Source: Phoronis australis
Lineage: Eukaryota > Animalia > Phoronida
NCBI GenBank assembly: GCA_002633005.1
Contig: NMRA01000135.1
Location: 741,681-805,680 of the forward strand
DNA length: 64,000 bases
Reading direction: 5' to 3'
This document shows positions 12,051-24,880 of the stretch, one piece after another (positions within the stretch are counted from its first letter, which is position 1; the number at the start of each line of letters is the position of its first letter). Made by a program: the position numbers and the translations under genes. The notes below the pieces were generated by a model. That model ran no database searches and was not told the origin of the DNA. It was given only the letters and a program-made list of their open reading frames with translations.

Positions 12051-14814
12051 AACAAAAGAGAGTTGGCCCTCCAACCCTGAATGCCTGAATGAAGTCAATC
12101 AGTAGTGTAAGATATTGGCTACAGGGATAAACTTCTCAACTTGATGTTGGGCTATAGAACCGAACGAGTTGGGAGCAACGGGAAAACGCCGCCTTTTATG
12201 TACAACCAAAGGTGTAATTTTGCATAATGAGGGCCTTGATTTGCATAATGTATGCAAATTGACAATGTATTTACCAAAACAATCGCACTATTAAATTCCT
12301 TGACCATGAAAAATGGATAAAATTATCTGGCTGCAGCGCTTGGTAAGGAAATTATAAGCAAAAATAGAATTTTGCATAATGGCGACCTTAATTTGCATAT
12401 TTTAAAAAATGCTTAAGATTTGCGAATGGTCACAACCCTAAATAATGATTAATTATGCTTAAGCTACATGAAACAACAAAGAAAAAACTTTATTCGGCAT
12501 ATCCAGGTTAAGTAAAAAACAGCATTTGTCTCCCGGTCTATGAAAGCAAACTGCAGCCACCATTTTGCATCAAGAGTAGGTCACAACTAAAAAAGCTACT
12601 CTCATTCAAAAACAATAGCAAACCAGTTTCCTTCAAATTAGTTTGAACACATTCCTCAAAACACCCACACATATATCTTTTACTTAAATTCTAGGCACTA
12701 CAAAATGCCCGTGGCTGCAGCTTGACTATTGGATCAGTGCTACTTTCAGCCACCGTCTTTGCTACCGTAGACATTGAAGTTAGTTGGTTGCCATCCAACA
12801 ACCAATAGCTGCCCCACCTACTCGTCAAATCGTAAAACGAAAAGACAAAAGTCAGTTGGAGCAAAGACACGGTCTCTGGTTGGGGCCTTAGTTGGTTGGG
12901 TGGCACTGAACAGTTATAATGCGGCCGCAGCCAATTTGCAATCTCAAAGTATCAAAATCCAGGGACAGGCGAGGCTTGGGGCATTTTCAGGTAGGCATTG
13001 CATGTACACTCGGTGAATGTGAATTGTGGCTTACATTTGTAAACATGTTGAGAACGAGAAAAGACTCCAGTTCCTTGGCTGTAGCTGCACTCTTCTTTAA
13101 GATGGCGGACCCTGTTGTACTTTAGCGAAATATGGGACGTGTGGTAGGCCTACCTGCAGAAACGTCAGTGACGTACATCCGCCGACGTACATTAAGGACT
13201 GGAATCGCGCCTCCACTTGAAATTTAGAAGCATTCACAAGAGAAACTCAGTAATATGTAGCAGTACCTACGATGATAAAGCATCACCCATGTGAATCGGC
13301 ACATACATGTGCACAAACGGATCCAATAACAACACAAGCAACAGTGACATTGAGCAGTGTGCCAAAACACTGAGGCCTCTTGATTTGAACCGTTGGATCC
13401 AGGCCAAACTCGCCGGTCAAGCAAACATATTTCCAGTGCCGAATAATTAAGATTTTAAAAATGGTGCCGTATGACAAACCGGAGAAACACTCGTTCGAGT
13501 TTCCAGAAAAAGAATAATCGGACGGAAAGAGCGTCGCTGCTCCCAACAAGTGTTATCGTACTTCAACCACGGATTCTCTGTTCAGTATTCTGTGTTCTCC
13601 CTTCATCTTTTTGTTGTAGAGTGCAACTAATCCAGTATCACGAAAAAAAATTTGCAAAGACAGAAATCTTGAATTCGAATCTGAATTCGGCCCGGACACT
13701 CAGGTCATTCACGCGTGCGCGTGCCACGTAATTAAGTAAAACCACTCTGACGCTGAAAAACATTGGATACGTTGAAAAGTCGTGTTCAACTGGCGTATTT
13801 GTAGGGAATAGCATTAGGTGATTTACTAAATCCGTGAATAATGTTCAGTCAAAATTAGAGCCAGGTTTTGAATCACTGCCGATGCCGCCCAGGCTTTTTC
13901 TAGTTTCGTGAACGGAATAAAAATGTGTTGATTGCTTTTCTTTACAAAACTGGCAGATCACTTTCACGATATGCCACAAATAACACTGTACATGTAGATG
14001 CACATTTTTACTATATAATACTAGGACTATCAACTCCCAGATATTTATCATGCTCGGACTCACACGGGCTGCAATGATCAATCTGGCCAATCCTGTTACC
14101 TCTATGAATCCCACATCATTATTAAATATGTCCCAGTCAGTTTGCTGGGTAATCAGGTGAGAGATAGAAACTGAAGAAAAACTGACCCACCTTGTCTATC
14201 AGGTTTTAAATAATATTAAGTTCTTAGTTTACAATTTTGATATAAACCACTTCGGATTGGTTTAAAACATGATTGAATAATTGAAACACCAAATATGTTA
14301 ATAGTGAATAATGAATTAAACCAAAGACATCTTGAAATTCAAAACAATTGAATTGATGATTCACGACATAATCTACATGTACTGACTTCACAAATGAAAC
14401 TGACAGCAAAAAAATGTTATAACTATAATTAAACTAGTAGTTTTACCATTCATTGGTATCCTTGAATTCTTTTTGCAAAACCAAAAAATCCAATGAAGTA
14501 GAGTGTTAAGTGACTGACCAGCTGACAGATCAACAACAACTGAAGAATGTTCATGCAGCCTGTAAAACTGCTCACTTCTTATTGAGGTTTTGTAACTTTC
14601 GCTGGAGTATTGTACCCTTTGATCAAATGATTCTTGCCTGATGACTGTGAAGACTTTTTACAATAAGATTCAAGGAAGCTAAATGTTATGTTTGGTACAA
14701 GGTCACGATTACCCAGCACATAGAAGGCTGCCATCACTGTAAACAGGAAGTAGTTAAACGTGTTACCATCGCTTTGGATTTCCTATTAATATTCATGAGG
14801 TAATATTAAGAATA

Positions 14815-15200
14815 CACCACCACTGATCAGGTGGGTCAATTATTTCATTGTTGTTAGGATGCAACCAACGAACTCACAGTCTGTCACTTATATCACAATC
14901 TAATTACTCACCAGATGGAGCAGCTATTGCATGTGAGTTGGCAGGCAACCAACTCAATCTCATTCGCCATATATTATGTTTCCACCCAAAGGTGGGGCAA
15001 GCTGTTGGTTGTTAGTTTGTAACCAACCGACTAACAATCAGTCAGCACATTTTGTTACTACCACCAGTTGGGACAGCTATTGGATGTTAGTTGGCAACCA
15101 ACTCACTCACTGTCTGTCTATGATCACATTCAAAATCCTTACCAGATGGATTAGCTATTTGTTGTTAGTTGGCAACCAACTAACTCACTCCCAGTCACGG
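14815..15200. repeat. Degenerate ~78-bp tandem/dispersed repeat (CCACCAGATGGGGCAGCTATTGGTTGTTAGTTGGCAACCAACTAACTCAC)
   Basis: ~5 tandem units here; further units at ~12770-12900, 15830-16130, 21520-21650, 48540-48690, 49280-49330. Confidence 0.75.
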
Positions 15201-15607
15201 TAAGGTGCACTCAACATTTTTGCCAGGTCGAGTCAGCTCCAACAGTTAGGTCCACAGGATGTACAAAACCTGAACATTTGAATGGGCGTAAAATCTATTG
15301 AAACTGATTAGAAATTCAATTTTCCACCTTTTACGACTACCGGAAATGCAGCCAGTTACTTGAAAAAAAAACCAGCCAATGCGCCAAACCAGCAGTTTTC
15401 ACCCCAAAACCACCATTTGCGTGCGATTACTAAGAACGTACTGAGAAACAGCGCATTCGCACTACAAAACACTCCAGATTCCAGTAATCAGGTAAAAAGT
15501 GGGTGTCGAACTAAGCCAGTTTTTCACAAGATTAGTCCAAAGAGCCAGAAGGGTACCTGACTGAATTTCTTGCTGAATTTCAATTTCCCACTTGCAAGCA
15601 GTGAGGT

Positions 15608-18193
15608 TTAAGTAAGCCACGGCTGAGCAAAAAGTGGGTCAAGGGGTTAACAGCTGACAATCTTTCACTCAGAACAGATTAAGAAATCAAGCTAATGCCA
15701 TTCGTAGCCTTGACATGCAGCACAGAACTTGAAATGTTCAGCCAAACCAGCAGGCGCCAAGTCACTGAAATTGGGGAGCTAAATTCAACTGTGGCTAAAA
15801 ACTATTGAATGCCACCTAAGCACTTATCTTTCTTTCCACCAGGTAATGATTGTCAGATCGCAACTAACTAGTAACTCCGGCAATGTTTCTGGTCACGATC
15901 TAATATTCCTCGCCAGGTGGTGTAACTATTAGTAATTATTTGGCAACCAACCATCTCACTCCCAGTAAATACTCTTCTTTTTTCCACCAGGTGGGGCAAT
16001 TATTGGTTGCTAGCTGGCAACCTAACTCATCTGACTCTTAGATGGTTTGGACTTCAGCACAAGGTGGAGCAGCGATTGGTTGTTAGATGGCAACCAACCA
16101 ATGCAAACTCGGTCTGCACTCATGTTTTCCGCCTTCTAGGTGGCCGGGACAGAAATTTTAACTTGAACAATATTTACAAGGGTGAGTTGTCGCCTCTCCA
16201 AAACTAAACTCATTGAGCAACTCCCATCGGTGTCAGGAACTCTTGTCGATTCTTCAACGTACGGAAACCGCCAGCGAAACATTCATTCAAATAAGACAAA
16301 TTTTGCGGAGGAAAAATTATCAGGATTAAGTTTTATTCCTGTCCACAAGTTGTGAAATGGAACAACTGCCGTCATTTCAATAGTTTTCAGCTATTGCTCG
16401 ATTTTCATCACCCAGTTTCTGTGTCAGTTAGCACACGTTGCTAATAGCCTTTGACCGCCATTCTTTAATAAATCATTTATTCGCAAGAAGTATGTGCGGG
16501 ACAGTCACCTGATGTATGCGTCATTCCAAATATGGCAAAAGCATTCACCTGCCATACAGCTGTATATGGATTTTCAAAAAGGTACATCATGAAACACATT
16601 GCTGTTGGTAACATATTGGTGCATCAGTTTATTTCAATTTTCTCTTTTCTTTTGATTTCAGGAAAATGCGTGTTTACATTCACCCGTGTCGTTGAAATGC
16701 GGTCAATGTTTTTCTATTTCCAGTCCTGTTATGTGCTCAATGTGTTGTTATTTAAACAACTCATTGCACACGAGGTGTTGCAGGCTCAGGAACGTTACAA
16801 GCTTTTCAAAAAACTTGCGGAAACGCTAAATATAATCATGCGTGAAAGTGAGTTGTTTTCGTTCTTGGTGATTTAATGTAATTTGAATCTCATACAACCT
16901 GTCTCACTAACAAGTTACGTCAGTCCGTCTACCTGTTCACCAATTCTTGAACGGAGATAACGGGCTGGAAAGTCAATGCTGTAAAAAACCGTCCAAGAAA
17001 AATTTGATTCGGACTTCTTACTTTTGTGGAATTGGTCTTAAGTTCTCCCCTAGCGAAATCAAAATTGGTTTCTGTCCTCTGAAAGTACAGACAGTTCATT
17101 ATAGCTTGATACCAGGCTGTGTAAGTTGACTTGTCACGGCGTGTCATTTAACGCATCGAGCATGATCTCGGAGAATTACGAAGAGTCAGTCTTGCAAGTC
17201 CAGAAATAGCTTCTCGTCAGAGTAATGAAGAAGTTGAAACCAATTTCATAGCAGTAAGTTATCCAAATCAAAAGTTCACTTCTTTGACGAAAAGGGTTTT
17301 GCAGTCGCTTTAATTTTGCGATGGATGATCATGAAATGACCCAGGCAAGAAAATCGCTGGAGTCGCAACTGTCCTCGCCAGTTAGCTTAGCCTTTAAAAA
17401 CACATGCTGTAACAGAAAATCACATTTCATATTTATTTGTTCAACTTCCTGGTTCATTTTTAGGTTTAAGCAATATCCCGCAAAGATTTTTAGAACACTT
17501 TTCCTCAATTTGTATTTGGCGCTCCGGCCCGTGCTTTTTTGAAGAGGTGTGTTTATCAAACATTTAATAAGGGGAGACAATATTACCTGTAGTGCGAGAC
17601 TGAACAGAAGGGCATCGGGTTTAAAACTTAATTTCGTTCAGATTCTAAAAGGTAATCAAGCCGAAAAGGGTCCCGGAAATTGATATCATATGTTATGCAA
17701 CCAGAACCCCTTCCTTAAAATATATTTTATTTCCCCGCGTCATATTTATCCCCACTTCTCTGGTTTTGAGCAGGTCGGTCGGTTGCTGAAACCTGTTGTT
17801 ATATTTTTTGGTGCGCTCACTTTTGTTTCTTATGTTGAAAAATAAATATTTGAGGCCTCCTGAAAATACTTGTTCGTTGCAATAGCCCAGGAAAATTACA
17901 CATCCGAATAAAACGCGTGTTAATTTTTGTTAAACTACATTATGTTTTAATATTAGTGGATGTTATTAGACAAAGTTGCTGGCATATCAAGAGAAGCCAA
18001 TAACATTCTCTTGTATAAAACGCCTGTACACATGTAGCTCAACATTCATGTATTTATACCACATATCAAAGTTTTGAAATCCACATTTTTCGTCACTTGC
18101 AGTAACTGTGTCACATGACCGTTCATCAGCCTAGGTTCTTACAAGGACACGTGACACCCAAGGACGTATCAAGACATATGCAGTATGATTTAA
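15608..18193. repeat. Copy 1 of a ~2.6-kb tandem direct duplication (copy 2 = 21292-24780)
   Basis: TTAAGTAAGCCACGGCTGAGCAAAAAGTGGG (15608) matches 21292; GGACGTATCAAGACATATGCRGTATGAT ends both copies (18189, 24776). Confidence 0.9.
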
Positions 18194-18458
18194 AGGCGAA
18201 GGCAACCTTTTTCCATGTCATTTTGAGCTAAAATAAGGTTGGTTGGTCATCCTAGACATATTTTCCACTTAGTTACAGGTTTTCGTAATTTTATTAATTA
18301 ATCGTCCGCTACTCCGGAAGTGACGTTTTAGGAGGCAAGCATTTCGCGCCAATTTCTTTTCATATAGTCTGACTGTGAGAGCTGCCGAGTCAGTCATTGT
18401 TCTACCTCGGTTGTGTTAAGTTCCGTCGTCGTTTGCTTTCATTTACTAGTCAGTCAAC

Positions 18459-19245
18459 ATGCCACACTGTTGCTGCGTACCAGGATGTACTAATTATCGG
18501 CACACGCGCGCTTTGGGAGTACCTTTGCATCGCTTTCCGATGGATGACACACTTCACCGTACTTGGCTCGTTCGTGTGAAGAACGCAGCGTTACCCGTCC
18601 ACGCAACGTACAAAGCAGTTGAGAATTACCGTGTGTGTGGCAAGCACTTTCTGCCGTCCGATTACGAAAGGGATTTGTACGCTGAACTGATGAAGGTCCC
18701 TGCGAAACAACGTCTGAAGAAGGATGCCATTCCGTCTGTGTTGATTCCCGGCAGTGCCCCGTCAGTCGCCACCCCAGAGAAGTGCGTTTTTGAAGCGAGA
18801 AGCCTCGCAAGCTGTGGCCAGTACAGTGACTGGAGCCAGTGGAGGCACTTCATCTACTGTCACCCGTGCCTCCGAACGTACCCCAGAGCGTGCAATTCCT
18901 GGAACCAGTAGCGATTCGCCCTGTGCTGTTTTCTCCAGCCCCTAGCCTCTAAGCAGCCCTGCAGCGATATTGAGTAGTGGGAGTGATTACAGGCTCAGTT
19001 CGACACCCAGTGAACAGGACAGTTCGTCGTCCAGTGAACAGATCGGTGAGCCAAACTTTGGTAAGATTATTGTGGACTTGTCTAAAGTGTTGGAGCTATT
19101 TAGAAGGTGCCAAGTGTGTGGCGAGGGAGTCACACGACACGATGTAAGCAGTTTGGGTGCTCATGTCACCATCCAGTGGGAGTGTGTCGCGGGACACTCT
19201 GGCAAGTGGGACAGTTGTTCCTCTGTCCGTGGTATGCCGGAGGTC
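18459..19245 (+). pseudogene. Truncated, frameshifted THAP-domain transposase N-terminus
   Basis: MPHCCCVPGC...LHRFP...W...RVCGKHF...RLKKDAIPS is a full THAP C2CH domain; then a Ser-rich linker and CQVCG...WECVAGHSGKWDS; no DDE core present. Confidence 0.85.
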
Positions 19246-19556
19246 CACTTAACCATGTCTAGTAGTGGCTTGGCCTCGTCGAACTCTGAACAGCACAAGC
19301 ATTCCATTGAGGTAGGCACAACAACGCACACAGTGCATTTGCACCAATATGTGTCACCACGTCTGTCCTCAGTAGCCGCCTCGTTTCTTTCAACAGCTGC
19401 CTGTGCCTGTGTGTACTCTGCCTCGTTATACTCGGGCTCAAACACGTACCCACCCACTGGATGTCCGTGAAAAAAATCCTCGTCACCACTGCTGTGAACA
19501 AGGTCTCCGTCACTCACACTACTGTCACTGTGATACGGGTCACCGACTCCAGCCAT
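19240..19556 (-). pseudogene. Truncated KolX-like / P2X7 cytoplasmic-ballast-like Cys-rich accessory protein
   Basis: Acidic N-terminus, Y-x-FEP motif, then WCKCTVCVVVPTSMECLCCSE; truncated where it meets the transposase fragment. Confidence 0.7.
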
Positions 19557-19625
19557 TTTCAGCTTACAACACACTAACCAACCTTATTTTAGCTCAAAAT
19601 GACATGAAAAAGGTTGCCTTCGCCT

Positions 19626-21291
19626 CGCCAACCTTTTTTCATCATGATGTCATTTTGAGCTAAAATAAGGTTGGTTGGTTATCCTAGACATATTTTCCAC
19701 TTAATTACAGCTTTTCGCAACTTTATTAATTACTCGTCCTCTACTCCGGAAGTGACGTTTTAGGAGGCAAGCGTTTCCCGCCACTTGGTTTTGCGTTGAG
19801 TTTACCGTGCGAATCTGTTCTATTCTACTTTTGTTTTGTGCTGTTTTCAACAATTGTCGCCACCACTTTCCATCGGCGAGTATTCTGCGGCAAGATAGGT
19901 TAGTAGAGAACTCAACTACGTTGGATTTAGGGATTGTTTAGTGTCGTTGTAAGCTGAAAATGGCTGGAGTCGGTGACCCGTATCACAGTGACAGTAGTGT
20001 GAGTGACGGAGACCTTGTTCACAGCAGTGGTGACGAGGAATTTTTTCACGGACATTCAGTGGGTGAGTTCATGTTTGAGCCTGAGTATAACGAGGCAGAG
20101 TACGCACAGGCACAGGCAGCTGTTGAGAGAAACGAGGCGGATACTGAGGACAGACGTTGTGACACATCTTGGTGCAAATGCACTGTGTGCGTTGTTATGC
20201 CAACCTCAATGGAATGCTTGTGCTGTTCAGAGTTCGACGAGGCCAAGCCACTACTGGACACGGTTAAGTGGACCTCCGGCATACCACGGACAGAGGAACA
20301 ACTGTCCAACTTGCCAGAGTGTCTCGCGACACACTCCCATTGGATGGTGACCTGAGCACCCAAACTGCTTACATCGTGTCGTGTGACTCCCTCGCCACAC
20401 ACCTGGTACCTTCTAAATAGCTACAACACTTTAGACAAGTCCACAATAAACTTATCAAAATTTGGCTCACCGATCTGTTCACTGGACGGCGAACTGTCCT
20501 CTTCACTGGGTGTGGAACTGGGCCTGTAATCACTCCCACTACTCAGAGGCTCTGGGCTGGAGAAAACAGCACAGGGCGAATCACTACTGGTTCCAGGAAT
20601 GGTACGCTCTGGGGTACGTTCGGAGGCACGGGTGACAGTGGATGAAGTGCCTCCACTGGCTCCAGTCACTGTACTGGCCACAGCTCGCGAGGCTTCTCTC
20701 TTCAAAAACGCACTTCTCGGGGGTGGCGACGGGGCACTCGGCCGGGAATCAACACAGACGGAATGGCATCCTTCTTCAGGCGTTGTTTCGCAGCGACTTT
20801 CATCAGTTCAGCGTACAAATCCCTTTCGTAATCGGACGGCTGAAAGTGCATGCCACACACACGGTAATTCTCGACTGCTTTGTACGTTGCGTGGACGGGT
20901 AACGCTGGGTTCTTCACACGAACGAGCCAAGTACGGCGAAGTGTGTCATCCATCGGAAAGCGAATCTAAGGTACTCCCAAAGCGCGCGTGATTAGTACAT
21001 CCCGGTACGCAGCAACAGTGTGGCATGTTGACTGACTAGTAAATGAAAGCAAACGACGACGTAACTTAACACAACCGAGGTAGAACAACGACTGACTCGG
21101 CAGCTCTCACAGTCAGACTATATGAAAAGAAATTGGCGCGAAATGCTTGCCTCCTAAAACTTCTCTTCCGGAGTAGGGGACGAGTAATTAACAAAATTAC
21201 GAAAAGCTGTAATTAAATGGAAAACATGTCTAGGATAACCAACCAACCTTATTTTAGCTCAAAATGACATGAAAAAAGGTCGTCTCCGCCT
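19626..21291 (-). mobile_element. Kolobok-type deletion derivative (copy 2), inverted relative to copy 1
   Basis: Reverse-complement copy of 18194-19575; KolX-like ORF 19960-~20275 (+); THAP ATG at 21026 (-); ends CGCCT followed by TTAA at 21292-21295. Confidence 0.85.
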
Positions 21292-21711
21292 TTAAGTAAG
21301 TCACGGCTGAGCAAAAAGTGGGTCAAGGGGTCAACAGCTGACAATCGATCGTTCACTCAGAACAGATTGAAAATTCAAGCAAATGCTATTCGTAGCCTTC
21401 ACGTGCAGCACAGAACTTGAAATGCCCAGCCAACCCAGCAGGCGCCAGGTTTTAATGAAAGTGGGGAGTTAAATGCAACTGTGGCTAAAAAAATTATTGA
21501 GTGCTCATCTTTTTTCCACCAGGTGGGGTACGTAGTTGCTGTCTGGTAACCAACTATCTCGCCATTTGACTCGTAGATGGTTTGAACTTCAGCACCAGGT
21601 AGAGTAACTATTGGTTGTTGGTTGGCAACCAATCAACTCACAGTCGGTCTGCACTCCTTTTGCTTCCACCTTCTAGGTGGCCTGAGCAGATATTTAACTG
21701 CAGCAATATTT

Positions 21712-21929
21712 CATGGGAGCACCCAGGGGCCGCCTCAGTGAAACAAAAAGTCCGAGTAAACGAGACAAAAGTCCACAAAAGGCCACAGGAAGTCGGCTCG
21801 GATGTACAATTTATGGGCCTGAACCCTAGTGGCCTCGTTTTTTCTATAATCCCCGTTGATGTCTTTCAGTAAAAGGTCCGCAAGTCGAAAAATTCGAGCC
21901 CCCTATATTTTAGACTTGGAGCGTGTGTG
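21712..21929. mobile_element. MITE of the 2907-3154 family with 5-bp TSD TATTT
   Basis: TATTT at 21707-21711 and 21930-21934; the paralogous empty site has a single TATTT at 16171-16175. Confidence 0.8.
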
Positions 21930-23175
21930 TATTTAAGAGGGTGAGTTGTCACTTCTCCAAAACTAAACTCATGAATCACATTTATAGCAACTCCATGACA
22001 GCAAGTAGCAGCATTAAAGTAAATAACAACAGTTTTAAGACTTGACATGTTTCGGTGTCATTTATTCAACACCATCTTTAGAAGTGAGAATAGCTAGGTG
22101 GCCACTGCATCTGGGATTTTCAATGGCGCCTCGTGTGATTGTAAACCGCGGTGACAAAAACTATGGCTCTGCAGCCAAAAATGTGTGGGTTGGGATTAGA
22201 CGGACGAGCTAAAAGGATGCAGACGCATGGTACTGATGGTGGTAACGTTTTTTTTTTATTTTTTAGTCCTCCCGATTTTCAAGGCTGGGTAGCGCGCATG
22301 TTTTGGGCCGTAAAAGTTAAAAGTTTCAGCGTTTTTTGTCATTGGTCATTCTCTGACCGTGATTTCGCCAATAAATCGTTTATTCGCAAGCAATGTGCGG
22401 GACACAGTCACCTGATATATGCGTCATTACACGTTTGGCAAAAGCATTCACCCGCCTTACATGGACATTCAAAAAGGTACATTATGAAACACATTGCTGT
22501 TGGTAACACATTGGTGCAGCAGTTTATTTCACTTGATTTCAGGAAATGTCTGTTTACACATTCACCCGTGTCGTTGAAATGCGGTTAATGTTTTTCTATT
22601 TCCAGTCCTGTTATGTGATTAATGTGTTGTTATTTAAACAAGTATTGCTAGGTCACAAAATTTGTAGGCTTTTCTAAAAAAATGCGGAGACCATAAAAAA
22701 TAATCCTGCGTGAAAGTGAGTTTTTTTCGTTCTTGGTGATTTAATGTAATTTGAATCTCTCGTAGGGCTGTTTCACGAACGAATTGTGTTGGCTAATCAA
22801 GCCGAAAAGTATATAGAAAATTGATACAATAGGTTATGCAACCACAAGCCCTTCCTTAAAATATATTTTATTTCCCCGCGTCCTATTCAGTTATCCTCAC
22901 TTCTCTCGGTATGAGGTTGGGAAAACCTGGTGTTGTGTTGTTGTTTTTCGTTATTGTGGCGCGCTCACTGATGTTTCTAATGTTGATAAATAAAACATTT
23001 GAGGCTTTACTCGGTGCAGCATTCGAGTCTAATTACACATCCGAATAAAACACGTGTTATATTTGTTACACTACATATGTTTTGATATGAGTGGATGACG
23101 GCCGAAATTGCTGTGCATAGCAAGCGAAGCCGATAATATTCTCCTAGTATGAAAGGCGTGTAGTTCGACATATTT

Positions 23176-24344
23176 TCGCAAGAGGGGACGTGTAAGAACG
23201 AGTTTTGAATTGATTTTGTGCGATCGCATTGTGAATTTAAAAGAATGTTATAAGTATTTGGGTGTAACTCTGAACGAGTTTATGGATTTCAGTTTGACAG
23301 CTGAGATACCGGCAGACTCCGCGTCTAGAGCTTTGGGAGCTCTGGTGAGCAAGTACAAACATATTGGTAACATGGATTTCAACAGTTACGGTAAATGTTT
23401 TGAAATGTCAGTAGCTTCAATTCTAGAATATGGGTCTGGAATTTGGGGATACTCTCAATACTCCAAATGCGAAATGACCAGAACGAGATTACTACGCATA
23501 GTTTTAGGGGTTCAGAAGTATGCTGCCAATGCAGTACTTTACGGCGACTCAGGTTGGCCAAATTCACACTACAAACAACATGAAAATATGGCAAGGCTCT
23601 GGAATCGTTTAGTTCTTATGTATGAAAGCAGAATTGCAAAAAGTCTTTTTATGGGACCTTAAACATCGGAAGTCCTGCAATTGGTCAAGTTCAATATTTA
23701 AAATTATGGAGAAATGCGATTTTTTAGAAAATTTCAGGAACAAACAAATTGTGTCTCTCGAAAACTTCAAAACATTCAGGTTCCAGTTAGAAGAGTTAAA
23801 CTGGTTGAAAATAATCACTGAAAAGCCAAAACTGTGGTTATATAGGTCTGTTAAGAGTGACTATTGTGTAGAAGAGTATTTGCGTCTGCCGGTGTCTCAG
23901 AGGTCCGTCATAGCTCGATTGAGAGCAGGTATTCTACCATTAGAGGTTGAGCTGGGGCGGTACTTCGGAATTCCTGTGAATGAACGGATTTGTCGTGTTT
24001 GTAAAAACGGAATTGAAGATTAAGTTCATTTCATTTTTGAATGTGAAAAATATACTCACATTCGACCAATGGCATTTTTTATACAGAATTCTGCCCTACC
24101 TCAAATATTCCAAAATAACTTGAAAGGTCTAGCGAAATTCATTCAAGACGCTCTGCTGCTTAGAAGTAAGTATTTGTTTATAAACTAGTCTGAAGTGATC
24201 ATATTTGAGCGTGTGCATTATGATATGTAATGGTTTAATTATTGTTAGGTAATCCCATTGAGGCTGGGTGGTGTGGTGAATATTCTGTCTTTGAGATTGT
24301 ATTTACTGGCACCCTTATGTCACTATAATAAATGAATAATAATA
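23176..24344 (+). mobile_element. 5'-truncated non-LTR retrotransposon (CR1/L2/Crack/Daphne-like 3' end), degenerate
   Basis: YKYLG RT motif, RLRAGILPLEVELGRY...RICRVCKNGIED*VHFIFEC C-terminal Zn motif, AATAAA + (AAT)n tail, candidate TSD ATATTT (23170-23175 / 24345-24350); absent from the paralogous site near 18050. Confidence 0.85.
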
Positions 24345-24780
24345 ATATTTACACCACATATCAAAGTTTTGAAATCCACATTTTTCGGCAATCATTTGCA
24401 GTAATCGTGTCACGTGCCCGTTCAATAGCCTAGGTTATTACACGGCCAAGTGACAACCGTGCCAAATGACGTCGCATGGGGGTAGCAAGGTATTGTTTAA
24501 CTCGCGACACCCTAGCGAGGGACGTAAGCGCATCGCATGGTTATCGCCTATGGGACACTACCATTGTTTTCCTTTGTTGTGTCTTGTTGGATATAACAAA
24601 ACAGGTCTCATGGATATCTCTTGGGTGCACATCGGCCGGTTACCGATACATGCTTGCCATTCTCTTATATAACACTCAACAATGGATACACCAATCTGCT
24701 GATCTCTGTGCGACCATTTTAATAGCGACTTAGTTTCCCGTGGTTCACGGACGTATCAAGACATATGCGGTATGATTGAA

Positions 24781-24880
24781 TTGCTGTTGCTGCTCCCGCC
24801 GCCGCCGCTGCTGCTGACGCTGCTCCGCCACAGTCGATGCTGCTGCTGTTATTGCTGCTGCTGCTGCTGCTGCTGTAGCT
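24781..24880. repeat. (GCT)n/(GCC)n microsatellite
   Basis: Directly visible. Confidence 0.85.

Larger units (their letters stand above)
18194..19625 (+). mobile_element. Kolobok-type DNA transposon, non-autonomous internal-deletion derivative (copy 1)
   Basis: Preceded by TTAA (18190-18193); AGGCGAAGGCAACC...GGTTGCCTTCGCCT termini; ~160-bp TIR; THAP/transposase 5' part on + and a KolX-like 5' part on -. Confidence 0.85.
21292..24780. repeat. Copy 2 of the tandem duplication, with later MITE and LINE insertions and an internal deletion
   Basis: Collinear with 15608-18193; lacks ~16920-17650; contains extra 21712-21929 and 23176-24344. Confidence 0.9.

Noticed and set aside
13095-13200. YY1-like AAGATGGCGG plus CRE-like palindromes as a promoter
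   Set aside because: No downstream exon or gene could be linked; short motifs alone are insufficient.
18459-18911. Domesticated host THAP transcription factor
   Set aside because: Enclosed by TIRs and TTAA, frameshifted, and duplicated as part of a transposon.
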